Part shown: piece after piece, positions 45,441 through 56,141 of the stretch | How positions within the stretch are numbered: the stretch's first letter is position 1 | Layout: each line of letters begins with the position of its first letter | From: Gammaproteobacteria bacterium | GTDB taxonomy: Bacteria > Pseudomonadota > Gammaproteobacteria > CBDBBL01 | Reading direction: 5' to 3' | Length of the DNA stretch: 64,000 nucleotides | Assembly: GCA_965203125.1 (NCBI GenBank) | Contig: CBDBBL010000013.1 | Span: 18,383 to 82,382 of the forward strand | The notes under the pieces: model-generated | Told to the model about the DNA's origin: nothing | The model's database searches: none | Seen by the model: the letters and a program-made list of their open reading frames with translations, nothing else | Made by a program: the position numbers and the translations under genes

Positions 45441-46717
45441 TGACCGCAAATTCGCTTACGACAAAACAAACTAAACAGGCTTGGATTGTTTGTTTAACCG
45501 CCTCTAGCTTCTTTTTCTATGAATTTATTCAAATGAATATTTTCAACGCCATCAATACAGATGTGATGCATGCTTTTTCACTCGATGCTGCAGGGCTTGG
45601 CCTACTTTCTTCACTTTATTTTTGGTGTAGCGTACTGTTTCTGATTCCAGCGGGAACCATTTTAGATCGATTTTCTGCAAAAAAACTCATGTTATTTGCA
45701 ATGCTGATTTGCATCATCGGCACTTTCTTCTTTGCACAAACACACAGCTTCTGGATTGCAGCTGTTAGCCGATTTATATGTGGGTTTGGCAGTGCCTTTT
45801 GTTTCTTAAGTAATGTTCGCTTGATCTCTCGCTGGTTTCCCGCATCAAAACAAGCTTTTATGATTGGGCTCCTCGTAACCATTGCGATGCTTGGTGGCAT
45901 CGTTGCTCAAACACCTTTAGTATTATTGGTACACCACCTTGGTTGGCGACCTGCTTTAATGTTAGATGCAGCCTTGGGTGTGCTGCTATCCATTTTCATT
46001 ATCCTCTTTGTACAAGACTATCCTAGCCATAAACAAAAAGAAATTACGGAGCAAGCAAATACACTTAATGAGATGGGCTACTGGAAAAGTCTCAAACTTG
46101 CACTATTTCGCTCTCAAAATTGGTTTGGCGGTATTTATACCTGTATGCTTAACTTACCAGTTGCATTGTTCGGAGGCATTTGGGGAACACTTTACTTAAT
46201 GTCCGCAGAAAATATTACCAGGGCACAAAGCTCCATTGCAACTTCAGCCATTCTATTGGGTACGATTCTAGGCTCACCAATCACTGGATGGCTATCAGAT
46301 CATCTTGGAAAACGTAAACAAATCATGATTGTTGGTTCTCTACTATCACTGGTTATCATTAGCTGGTTACTGTTAAATTCTGGCATGGGTTTTATTCCGA
46401 CTATCTTAATTTGTTTTCTACTTGGCTTGGTTACCAGCACACAAGTCATCAGTTACACGCTCATTGCAGAAACAAATCCTGCACACCTCACGGGCACAGC
46501 TGTCGCCATTGTCTCAATGAGTGCCATGGCTGGCTATGCCATCTTTATTCCCATCTTTGGCTGGCTAATGGATCTAGCAGTAACACATCAAACATTACTA
46601 CACCAAGCGACATACCACTATGTTTTAAGCGATTTCCGCTTCGCGATCTGGATTTTTCCTATCGGCTTTATACTCAGCCTGATTGCTAGCTTTAAACTAC
46701 AAGAGTCAAAATCATGA
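45440..46717 (+). CDS. MFS transporter (Pht-like), paralogue 3
   Basis: FFFYEFIQMN.FN, AGTILDRFS.K, RLISRWFP. Confidence 0.9.
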   Translation: MTANSLTTKQTKQAWIVCLTASSFFFYEFIQMNIFNAINTDVMHAFSLDAAGLGLLSSLYFWCSVLFLIPAGTILDRFSAKKLMLFAMLICIIGTFFFAQTHSFWIAAVSRFICGFGSAFCFLSNVRLISRWFPASKQAFMIGLLVTIAMLGGIVAQTPLVLLVHHLGWRPALMLDAALGVLLSIFIILFVQDYPSHKQKEITEQANTLNEMGYWKSLKLALFRSQNWFGGIYTCMLNLPVALFGGIWGTLYLMSAENITRAQSSIATSAILLGTILGSPITGWLSDHLGKRKQIMIVGSLLSLVIISWLLLNSGMGFIPTILICFLLGLVTSTQVISYTLIAETNPAHLTGTAVAIVSMSAMAGYAIFIPIFGWLMDLAVTHQTLLHQATYHYVLSDFRFAIWIFPIGFILSLIASFKLQESKS

Positions 46718-47955
46718 AACGAGCGATTGTCATTATTTTAGACTCTCTAGGGATCGGATACAGCGCAGATGCTGAGAAGTTTAATGACGTTAATGCCAAT
46801 ACATTTGCATCCATTGCAACTCATGCACATAAAGGATTGGCCAATAAAAATGGTGTTCGAAAAGGTAAACTCGAGCTTCCTAATCTCACGCAACTTGGCT
46901 TATATCACGCCCTATCTGACTCCAGTCAAATCAACTATGATTATGTTGATTACCAACAACATCCAATTGCCAGCTATGGCTTCGCACAAGAAAAAAGCTT
47001 TGGTAAAGATACCCCCAGTGGACACTGGGAAATTGCAGGTGTTCCCTGTGAATTTGATTGGGGATATTTTTCTGCCACTGCTCATAACCATGAAAGCTGC
47101 TTTCCACAAACCTTACTCAATGACCTGATTGAGCAAGGAGATATCCCTGGCATATTAGGGAACTGTCACGCTTCTGGCACAGAAATTATTGCACGCCTGG
47201 GTGAAAATCATATTCAAACAGGAAAGCCTATCGTTTATACCTCAGCAGATAGCGTCTTCCAAATTGCAGCACATGAAAAGTACTTTGGTGTCGATAAGTT
47301 GCACCAACTTTGTCAACTTGCAAGAAAATTGGTTGATCCTTACAATATTGGACGCGTCATCGCTCGGCCATTTGTTGGTGATTCAGCTGAAAACTTCAAA
47401 CGCACGGCCAATCGAAAAGATATTGCAATACCACCACCAGCACCCACCTTATTAGATCAACTAACCAATCAAAATGGTCAAGTCATTGCCATTGGCAAAA
47501 TTGCAGATATCTTCGCACATCGTGGCATCACTCATACATTAAAAGGAAAAAACAACACAGAGCATGTCAAACAAACTATTGAAGCTATGAATACATATCA
47601 ACAAGATAAAACTCTCATTTTCACTAATCTTGTTGACTTTGACTCAGAGTACGGCCACCGCAGAGACGTTGCTGGCTACGCGAATGCACTCGAGGAATTT
47701 GACACACTACTACCTAACATTTTGGCTGCCCTTGAACCTGATGATCTATTGATTTTATCGGCTGATCATGGCTGTGACCCAACCTGGCCTGGTTCTGACC
47801 ACACAAGAGAGTACATCCCTGTCTTGTGTTATGGTAAAAACCATCAAGCTAAATCATTAGGAAAGCGAAATACTTTTGCTGATATTGGTCAAAGTATTGC
47901 AAGCCACTTAAAGATGAAACCACTTACGCACGGCTCTAGTTTTTTGTATACTTAA
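46714..47955 (+). CDS. deoB: phosphopentomutase
   Basis: ILDSLGIG, GKDTPSGHWE, YTSADSVFQIAAHE, NLVDFDSEYGHRRD, ADHGCDP, HTREYIP. Confidence 0.96.
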   Translation: MKRAIVIILDSLGIGYSADAEKFNDVNANTFASIATHAHKGLANKNGVRKGKLELPNLTQLGLYHALSDSSQINYDYVDYQQHPIASYGFAQEKSFGKDTPSGHWEIAGVPCEFDWGYFSATAHNHESCFPQTLLNDLIEQGDIPGILGNCHASGTEIIARLGENHIQTGKPIVYTSADSVFQIAAHEKYFGVDKLHQLCQLARKLVDPYNIGRVIARPFVGDSAENFKRTANRKDIAIPPPAPTLLDQLTNQNGQVIAIGKIADIFAHRGITHTLKGKNNTEHVKQTIEAMNTYQQDKTLIFTNLVDFDSEYGHRRDVAGYANALEEFDTLLPNILAALEPDDLLILSADHGCDPTWPGSDHTREYIPVLCYGKNHQAKSLGKRNTFADIGQSIASHLKMKPLTHGSSFLYT

Positions 47956-48110
47956 CGAAGATGAAGATGTCAATTTTTTAGCCAAATGATTTTGAGTAGC
48001 ATTGGATTTAAAAAATTGAACCATAGTCAATCTATGTCGAAAGTTTTTACATTCAATGATGCCAAAAGCATGAAGCAAAAAAATCGACATCTTCATCTTC
48101 GTTGAGTATA
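47947..48110. repeat. ERIC-like palindromic miniature element, copy E6 (164 bp)
   Basis: TATACTTAACGAAGATGAAGATGTC ... GACATCTTCATCTTCGTTGAGTATA; centre GAACCATAGT-CAA-TCTATGTCGAAAG; contains the deoB stop. Confidence 0.9.
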
Positions 48111-48117
48111 GAACACC

Positions 48118-48612
48118 ATGATAAAAAAACCATCCTACCTACTTTTTGGTTTAAGCTTAGTCTGTTGCACTGCTGTGCTTCTTGGGCTATGGCTAGAAAC
48201 TACACAACACTTATCACCCTGTGTTCTGTGCTTGTTACAACGTTACTGTTTAGTTTTTTTAACAGCAATCTGTTTTATTCACGCATTTCACCACACCAAG
48301 AAATGGAGCTATTTCCTTTACTACCCCCTACAGCTACTAAGCTGTAGCTTTGGATTATGGTTTTCAGCTCGACAAATTTATCTTCAACACTTACCAAAAA
48401 CAGATATGACACAGTGTGCGCCTGGTTTAGAATTCATCTTACACTATATGTCATGGCATCAAGCATTACCTTTACTACTAGGAGGCACCTCCGAGTGCGG
48501 AGCCATTGACTGGGCATGGTTAGGCATTCCTCTATCTATATTTAGTCTTGCTCTATTTCTCACCGCAATGATCATAACTATCATCAAACTGCGACTTTCA
48601 CCTCAACAATGA
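48118..48612 (+). CDS. dsbB: disulfide bond formation protein B
   Basis: PCVLCLLQR, second Cys pair (CAPGL...GTSECG), 4 TM segments. Confidence 0.92.
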   Translation: MIKKPSYLLFGLSLVCCTAVLLGLWLETTQHLSPCVLCLLQRYCLVFLTAICFIHAFHHTKKWSYFLYYPLQLLSCSFGLWFSARQIYLQHLPKTDMTQCAPGLEFILHYMSWHQALPLLLGGTSECGAIDWAWLGIPLSIFSLALFLTAMIITIIKLRLSPQQ

Positions 48613-49661
48613 AGCAAACAAAAATAGCAATTCTTTGCCTGCATAACTTCAATGCAATGAAAAGCAAAACAGGTAATATGCTACTGCGTTATCGCCCTGA
48701 AGATGTTGTATGCATCATCAGCGCCAATCAAGCAGGTATGTCCGCTCAATCAGTTTTAGGGTTTGGAGGGGAAATCCCTGTTGTCGCAACCATTCATGAT
48801 GCATCAGCATACACACCAAATACTGTAGTCATTGGAGATACAGCACCGGGTGGAAAGTTAAGTGATGATGCTCTTAATATCATCAAAGCAGCCATTTCCT
48901 ATCATTATCATATTATTAACGGCATGCATCAATTTCTAACAGCTATACCGGAACTACAGTCACTAGCAGATCAACACAAAGTCAACCTACTAGATTTACG
49001 CCGACCACCTCAAATACACCACTTCCCAACAGCGGCTTGGAAGAACAGAAAAACACCTGTACTTCTAACCGTAGGCACAGACTGTAACACTGGGAAAATG
49101 ACAACAGCATGGGAATTAACCCAACAGCTACAGCAAAAAGGTTATCGAATAAAATTTGTTGGTACAGGACAAACTGGAATTTTGTTGGGAAATACAGGTG
49201 TTGCTGTTGATGCTGTCGTTGCAGATTTTCTTGCAGGAGAAATCGAACACGCCATACAGCTTGTTGATGATGAAAAAACTGACTTAATTATCGTTGAAGG
49301 ACAAGGTGCACTAACCAATCAATATTACTCTGGCGTATCACTCGGCCTACTCCATGGCTCCATGCCAGATTTTCTAGTCATGACGCATGATCTTAGTCGC
49401 ACACATGATGTGTCAAATCAACCCATAGGAACACTCAGTGATGCCATCCTCTTACATCAACAACTGATGAAACCTTTCAAGCCAATAAAATTTGTAGGTA
49501 TTAACTGTATTTCCGCTCAGCTCACCGAATTAACAACACAAAATACTTTAGAAGCTTTACGAAACACTCATCATCTTCCAGTTTCAGACATTGTACGATT
49601 TCATGATCAGGCCATAGCAAATGCCATCACACAACAATTAGGACAACCATGCTCACACTAA
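48609..49661 (+). CDS. DUF1611 family P-loop protein (DgcN-like)
   Basis: KTG.MLLRY, NGMHQFL, LTVGTDCNTGKMTT, TGQTGI, DAVVADF.AG.IE, VEGQG, LLHGS.PD. Confidence 0.88.
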   Translation: MKQTKIAILCLHNFNAMKSKTGNMLLRYRPEDVVCIISANQAGMSAQSVLGFGGEIPVVATIHDASAYTPNTVVIGDTAPGGKLSDDALNIIKAAISYHYHIINGMHQFLTAIPELQSLADQHKVNLLDLRRPPQIHHFPTAAWKNRKTPVLLTVGTDCNTGKMTTAWELTQQLQQKGYRIKFVGTGQTGILLGNTGVAVDAVVADFLAGEIEHAIQLVDDEKTDLIIVEGQGALTNQYYSGVSLGLLHGSMPDFLVMTHDLSRTHDVSNQPIGTLSDAILLHQQLMKPFKPIKFVGINCISAQLTELTTQNTLEALRNTHHLPVSDIVRFHDQAIANAITQQLGQPCSH

Positions 49662-51514
49662 CCGACATTGATTTGCAGTTTGGCCACAAACCAATTTTTA
49701 GAAACCTCAACTTAACACTACATAGTGGTCATAAAGTTGCACTTGCGGGAAAGAATGGTAGTGGAAAAACATCTCTTTTATCATTAGTCCTAGGAACAAA
49801 ACAACCTGATGGTGGAGAGGTTAGCGTCAACAAAGGTCATCGTATTAGCTATTTAGAGCAAGAGGTTGAGGCACTCAATGAAATTGCTATCGACTATGTC
49901 CTAGCAGGTGATCAACAACTCACTCAAGTCAACTCAGCCATTGAAGATGCCATCAATAACGAAGAGCATATGAAACTCTCTGACCTCTATCATCAACTAG
50001 AAGAAATTGACGGCTACACCGCTAATGCGCGTGCTGCTGAAATCCTCAATGGGCTCGGGTTTAGCCAAGAAGAAATGCAAAAGCCTGTACAGCAATTTTC
50101 AGGTGGCTGGCGCATGCGATTGAACTTAGCACGCTGTTTATTTGCACCCACTGAATTTATGTTATTAGATGAACCAACCAACCACTTAGATTTAGAAGCG
50201 ATTTTCTGGCTACAAAAGTGGTTAAAAAAATTCTCTGGCACTTTATTGTTAGTATCACATGATCGTGAGTTTTTAGATGAAATTGTAACAGGCATTGCAT
50301 TGCTTGAGCAGCATCAATGCACGATGTTTCAAGGAAATTATTCTTCCTATGAAAAACAACGTGCACAGCAACTTTCCTTGCAGCAAAGTAGTTATGAAAA
50401 ACAACAAAAGCATGTCACCCACATGATGGATTTTGTCAATCGATTTAAAGCCAAAGCCAGTAAAGCAAAACAAGCACAAAGTCGTCTTAAAGCCATTGAA
50501 AAGCTGGAACTCATTGCACCTGCTCATGTGAATTCTGGTTTTGAATTCAACTTCAAACCAGCACCTCCTGTATCCAGCCCAATTCTCACCACAAAAAAAG
50601 TGAACGTTTGCTATGGTGAAAAAACAATTTTAAATCAACTTGATTTACCGTTACCTCACGATGCCCGTATTGCACTACTAGGCGCCAATGGTTCTGGGAA
50701 GTCAACCTTACTCAAATTACTCGCCAAACAAACAGATCCTCATCAAGGTGTTATTGAATTTAACTCAAAATTAAAAATAGGTTACTTTGCGCAGCATCAA
50801 TTAGAATATTTAGAGCTTTCTCAGTCTCCATTGTGGCACCTGCAACAATTATGCAAAAAAACCACCATCAACAGCAGTAGTAACCAAGCTAGTGAAGGCA
50901 ACCTACGCAAATTTCTCGGACAATTCGGCTTTCGTGGTGATGATGCTTTATCATCGATTGAAAAATTCTCGGGGGGAGAAAAATCTCGCTTAGCACTCGC
51001 ATTAATTGTCTGGCAAGCACCCAACTTATTAATTCTAGATGAGCCAACTAATCATTTAGACATAGAAATGCGTGAAGCACTTGTTTTTGCCCTGCAAGAT
51101 TATAATGGAGCAATGCTGGTTGTATCACATGATAGACATTTACTACGTGCAGTCGTTGATGAGTTTTACTTATTGCACGAAGGTAACTTCACACCATTTG
51201 ATGGTGACTTATCTGATTATGAGCAATGGATAACACAGCAGAAACAAGCAGACAAACGATCACAGAAAAAACCCAAAAAAATCAATAAAAGCAACGACAA
51301 TAAAAATAAATCCAATATAAAACAATTAGAGAAAAAGATTACTCAATACAATACTAAAATCTCTGAACTACAAACACAACTTGAAAATCCAAAGCTTTAT
51401 ATAGATAGCTCTAAAAGTGATGACTATAAAACGCTTGAAAAAAAACTGGCTGAGACTAAAGCATTACTAGAAGCAACTGAAACACAGTGGTTAAAACTTG
51501 AAGATGATAGTTGA
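49649..51514 (+). CDS. ABC-F family ATPase (YheS-like)
   Basis: Two NBDs (GKNGSGKT, FSGGWRMR, LDEPTNHLD; GANGSGKS, FSGGEKSR), linker RFKAKASKAKQAQSR. Confidence 0.93.
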   Translation: MLTLTDIDLQFGHKPIFRNLNLTLHSGHKVALAGKNGSGKTSLLSLVLGTKQPDGGEVSVNKGHRISYLEQEVEALNEIAIDYVLAGDQQLTQVNSAIEDAINNEEHMKLSDLYHQLEEIDGYTANARAAEILNGLGFSQEEMQKPVQQFSGGWRMRLNLARCLFAPTEFMLLDEPTNHLDLEAIFWLQKWLKKFSGTLLLVSHDREFLDEIVTGIALLEQHQCTMFQGNYSSYEKQRAQQLSLQQSSYEKQQKHVTHMMDFVNRFKAKASKAKQAQSRLKAIEKLELIAPAHVNSGFEFNFKPAPPVSSPILTTKKVNVCYGEKTILNQLDLPLPHDARIALLGANGSGKSTLLKLLAKQTDPHQGVIEFNSKLKIGYFAQHQLEYLELSQSPLWHLQQLCKKTTINSSSNQASEGNLRKFLGQFGFRGDDALSSIEKFSGGEKSRLALALIVWQAPNLLILDEPTNHLDIEMREALVFALQDYNGAMLVVSHDRHLLRAVVDEFYLLHEGNFTPFDGDLSDYEQWITQQKQADKRSQKKPKKINKSNDNKNKSNIKQLEKKITQYNTKISELQTQLENPKLYIDSSKSDDYKTLEKKLAETKALLEATETQWLKLEDDS

Positions 51515-51657
51515 TTTCTCGATCAAATTTGCGGATGGTATTGAGAGGTATCTATGAATGAAATTGAACTGATAAACAGAAAACATACTTTATATTAACC
51601 TATTTTCTGATAGACCATGCTTTGATTGATAAGTACTTAAGGCTGAAACTAATAGTT

Positions 51658-53194
51658 TTATGATACCATTGTATTATTTCCCATCTTATAAGCTAACCAC
51701 AATTTCCTGGACGCGGCTTTTATTTTTATTGAAGCTAGAGGGTTATAATATGCTCTATGTATGAGTGTTTTAGCTTGATCTTTATTTATATTTTCTCCTA
51801 GATAAATTGATGCAAGAAGTACTTCTGCTTTAGGATCGTTAAGTTTTGTAGCTAAGCTTAATAGAGTGATGGCTTTTTTTTTGTCATTTAGTACGCCGTC
51901 TCCAGTTAAATACATCCATCCTGCCTGATAACAAGTTGATCCATAAATCTGTTTTGCTATTTTGCTGGTATTGGCTTTTACCGCTAGTAAACAAGATGAT
52001 TGCAAGAAGTTTAAAGCTTTTATTTTGTTTGGTTTTATCTTGCCTCTTCCAAAATATAGAATGTCTCCTATTAATCCCTTAGCTGTTGCTATATCTAATT
52101 TATTTTCAATCAATCCACTGTTTTTTGATATTTTATATAAGTATTGCAATGATTTTTTGTAATTTTTATTTATATAATAGGTTTTGCCAATATATAAGCA
52201 CGAGCTTGAAATCACATTATTATTCAATTGGATTAGATTTCTATCTTGATAGTTTGGCAGTGAAGAGAGTTCATTATCTGATAATGCTGGCAGTTCAGTA
52301 AAGTTTTTTTGACACAATTGTTTATTCAGTACCTGTCGTTCTATGTTGTTTTTGGAATCGTAATTATCGATGCAGGTAGTCATTAATCCATATCTTATTG
52401 AAAAATATGAATCTTCTTCACAAGATTGTTTTTTAGATACTAGGCAGTCCCATAAAAATCCATGCTTACATGCTTGTTTAGTGAAGTATAAGAACATTTT
52501 TTTAGCATTTATTGCTTTTCCAAACACACCACTATTTCGATAAAAATTACTGGCTATATCGCAGGAGTAAGCATAACCATATTTACACCCTTGCTTTAAC
52601 AAAGATAATCTTCTTTTATCTTTTTTCTGTATCAGTTAGTGCGCTAGAGTTAGCAAATATAATGGCAATAGATGCACGATAACAGGCTTTGCCATTTTTC
52701 TGGTTACATGCTTTAAGATACCATTGATATGCAGTGTTATCATTTCTAGAAATATTAGCAAATTTACTATATTGTATTCCATGATATAGGTTGCCTAATT
52801 TCATACATGATGTTGATTTGCCATTACTGCATGCTGTTATTAAAGGGTTTGTAACAATGTATATATTATAAGCAACAACAGCATAAATATAAGAACTCCA
52901 GATGCTTGGTATTATTAATAACGTTATTATTAGCCTGACCCATAATGGCTGTTCAATTTTCTTTGAAATAGGCGTGAGTCTGCTATTAAATAACCACCAA
53001 AATATTGAGAGGGTGGTCAACGATAATACAAGAAATAATGATGCGCATATAATTGAATATGAATATGCCATGTCATTTTCTCGAAGATGAAAAAATATTT
53101 CACATGTAAGATATAATGAACCTATACTTAACAACAGGTATAGTAAATAACTGAAAGATTTTTTATAATTTAATGTTAAGCTGCTATTTTGCAT
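51658..53194 (-). CDS. membrane-anchored Sel1/Hcp-like repeat protein, split by one extra base in the T6 run at 52621-52626
   Basis: Three N-terminal TM segments, then C..LG.LY..., A..WY.KAC and CY.AG.MY.TG.GV..D repeats; removing one base gives TEKDKRRLSLLKQG. Confidence 0.75.
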
Positions 53195-53466
53195 TAGGTT
53201 TCTCCATATAATTGCATAAGCTCTATCATCTATTCATTTATTCACTAAGTGCGTTTATAATTAGTTTTCCTGCCTATGAAGATCACTCCATTCATGAGGC
53301 ACAACCAACCTTAAAATAGTTCAGTGACAACACCTCTGTTAAGTGGCACAGGATGATCGATCTTGAATGCTTTTGGAAATTTTTATCCCACTGCTTAATC
53401 GTTAGCTTGAGAGCTGATTTTAAATTGGTATGTGTCAAGGATGTATCGCTCATAAAAATAGAATCT

Positions 53467-53781
53467 TTATTGATTGATTAGCAGATCATTAAGTGTTTTT
53501 GAGACTTTTGGTTTCACTACCTTATGAGCTGGCTTAGCAGCAATAGTAATAGGTTCACCTGTGGCAGGATTATGCCCTTGACGCTCTTGAGTTGCTGGTT
53601 TCTCATGAATTTTAAATTTAGCAATGTTGGGGAGATTAAAGGTAATCCCTGAGCCAATATGTTGATGAATCAATCCTGTCAGTTCACTGAGCATCATACC
53701 AGCAGTTTTCTTGGATACATCGCACGTACCAGCAATATGGTTGATGATATTGTCAGTGGTGTAAGTTTGATTAATTTTCAT
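53467..53781 (-). CDS. HU/IHF-family DNA-binding protein
   Basis: KPATQERQGHNPATGEPITIAAKPA..VVK. Confidence 0.88.
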   Translation of the reverse strand: MKINQTYTTDNIINHIAGTCDVSKKTAGMMLSELTGLIHQHIGSGITFNLPNIAKFKIHEKPATQERQGHNPATGEPITIAAKPAHKVVKPKVSKTLNDLLINQ

Positions 53782-53800
53782 TGAATTACCCTAGAATAAG

Positions 53801-54226
53801 TTAATTTTTAACCATGCTGATATCAAACTGGTTGGAGATGGGTGAATTAGGATGGTTGGCTACTAAAACACTGACTTTTATTGTATGAATGCCTAAAGGA
53901 ACATTGATACTGCCATTGTAGTTAATGATCAAATCATTAGTGTTAGAGAGATCGTGAGCGCGACTGACAAAGTAAAATCCTGTTGAGGCATGAAAATCAT
54001 TGCGTTTCAGGAGAATTTTTTGATCTAAAGTAACAGCAAGTTGTGTGATTTTAGCATGTGTAATACCTGCATTTTTAAGCATTTGAGCGACAGAAAATTC
54101 AACCCAGTTTGGAGATCCTTGGTAAAATTGTTTAATTGGCATCTGATTGTTGGCAAGTGCTACATTGACAAACAAACTAACAGCACATAAGATAGCAGTG
54201 ACGTAACGCTTACAGTGATGTTTCAT
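53801..54226 (-). CDS. putative exported protein
   Basis: Signal peptide MKHHCKRYVTAILCAVSLFVNVALA. Confidence 0.65.
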   Translation of the reverse strand: MKHHCKRYVTAILCAVSLFVNVALANNQMPIKQFYQGSPNWVEFSVAQMLKNAGITHAKITQLAVTLDQKILLKRNDFHASTGFYFVSRAHDLSNTNDLIINYNGSINVPLGIHTIKVSVLVANHPNSPISNQFDISMVKN

Positions 54227-54329
54227 GATGATTCCTGTCTAATAAAATAAGATGGTCATATTATAGAGCATTGAGCTAGATGATAAAGGAGAAAAACTTG
54301 CTGGGTATAGTGATATTTTTTGTACAACT

Positions 54330-54770
54330 CTAAACAATCTCACAACTTTTAACACTTTCAATTTGATACAAATGCTCTTTGCCATGTGTTTCACAGATTG
54401 CTTTTAATCGCTGATACGCCGCTCCTTCATATCGAAACTTAACCATTCGAATTGGCTGTGCCACGCAGTGTATTTCATTGCCATCGAGCTTTACATAGGT
54501 AATCTTAACTTTCTTTTGTATTTCAGTTGCTTCCTTGAGTAACTCAAGATGGCCAGAAGCTTCGCGTGATAAAATGATCGACTGGCTTGACTGATATGCC
54601 TTTAAAAAACGGCCAACTGCTTGGTCGGTTCTAATATGATGTCGTTTAATGGGTGTTTTTAGCACCATCCCTGAAAAAGTAGTGCATCGACTCAACGCTA
54701 CATACATTTGTTCTGCTGCAAAGGTGCCTTTGTCAACATCTAGCATAACACGATCAAAGGTTTTTCCTTG
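54330..54770 (-). pseudogene. C-terminal remnant of a PIF1/RecD-like helicase with a WYL-like domain
   Basis: QGKTFDRV, QMYVALSRC (SF1 motifs V and VI), then V.ITY...G......P and A.C...KE..Y.I..V; 5' part cut at the IS6 fragment. Confidence 0.7.
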
Positions 54771-55045
54771 GCTTTTAAGACAATTGACTTTATGCTCAGT
54801 GAAAAACGAGATAAAGAAGCAGTACTAAAGTTCTTCAAAAAAGCGATCGATGCACATGGAAGTCCTGAGACAGTGAACATTGATAAGAGTGGTTCCAACA
54901 CCTCAGCACTGAATCATATCAATGCACTATATTGGGTTTCTGGCTTATGGGTGCTAGTGATTAATATTAGGCAGAATAAGTATCTCAATAATATTGTAGA
55001 GCAAGACCACCGAGGAATTAAGCGAGTTTTGAAAACTTCCACTTG
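54771..55045 (+). pseudogene. IS6-family transposase internal fragment
   Basis: TIDFMLSEKRD, P..VNIDKSG, KYLNNIVEQDHRGIKR. Confidence 0.88.
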
Positions 55046-55410
55046 GGGGTACGACCTCATACGCGGAATAATAGGACATAGTGACGTTAAAACATGCTTG
55101 TATCCCTTTCCTGCTCTGTGATCTGAGAAGGTGGATTTAATAGGGAGTTATTTAAGGTGTCCCAAAAACAATAATTTGGTTAGTTTAGATACACTTGTGT
55201 TTTGGCACTAGTTTTAGAACATGATATAGTCGGTATCTGTCGTCATTTATGAGTATTTATACTTCATTCCAAAAACTAATGTTTTTGGGACAATTTGACC
55301 ATCATCGCATCAAATTTAAAGAGAATCTTCGATAAACCTTATCCAGTATGGGATAGGTCGCTATAAAATTTGCACTATATCCTAAAAAAACGCGTATGAG
55401 GTCGTACCCC
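55046..55410 (-). mobile_element. 365-bp non-autonomous element, copy 2 (inverted relative to 40256-40620)
   Basis: Reverse complement of copy 1; two substitutions noticed, both in one IR. Confidence 0.88.
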
Positions 55411-55851
55411 CAACCAGTGATGATAGAGCTCAAAGCATATTTTGATGAACAAGCAAAATTATTTGAGCCCAATAGCGTTCCTGCCGCCGCGATTAATTAT
55501 TCACTCAAACGCTGGACAGAATTGACTCAGTTTTTACGTCATGTCGATACGCCACTGGATAACAATATCACTGAGCGCGCATTGAAGCTCATCATCCAAT
55601 CTCGCAAGTCATCGATGTTTTACAAAACATTACGTAGCGCTGAAATTGCAGGATATATTCAAACTGCACTTTATACCGCAGCGCAAAATGACATCAATCC
55701 ACGTGATTATATGCTTGCCGTATTGCTGAATAAATCATTGGTTATGCAATCTCCAGAAAAATGGCTGCCATGGAATTATCATTTGGAACTCGCATTGTTG
55801 GAAGAGGGTAAAGCTCGCCATGCCGATGCAAGCTTGACTGCTTGCCCCTGA
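55411..55851 (+). pseudogene. IS66-family transposase TnpC, C-terminal fragment
   Basis: AINY.L.RW..L..FL, PLDNNITERALK, RK.S.F, WLPWNY. Confidence 0.85.
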
Positions 55852-56141
55852 TGCAGCAGCACCATTAAATCTATTGCGCAAATTTTGTCATTAGCAGAGC
55901 GAGGCCACTGACGCAGTTTTCCGCTGGAAAATCGTTTTTGCATCAGCCAAAATCCTGTGCCGTCATAACTCAGTAACTTAATGCTGATGCCACTTTTGTT
56001 GCGAAATGCAAAGATTGTACCGCTGTATGGGTCAAGGGCGATTAGACTACGACACAACCCTACTAATCCATCGATTCCTTTGCGGAAGTCGATCGGTTCT
56101 ATGTGAATATGTAACTGGTTCTGGGTGGTGATCTGAATCAT
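55779..56141 (-). CDS. IS66 accessory protein TnpB
   Basis: PIDFRKGIDGL, DPYSG..F.FRN, IKLL.YDG.GFWL..KR. Confidence 0.9.
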   Translation of the reverse strand: MIQITTQNQLHIHIEPIDFRKGIDGLVGLCRSLIALDPYSGTIFAFRNKSGISIKLLSYDGTGFWLMQKRFSSGKLRQWPRSANDKICAIDLMVLLHQGQAVKLASAWRALPSSNNASSK

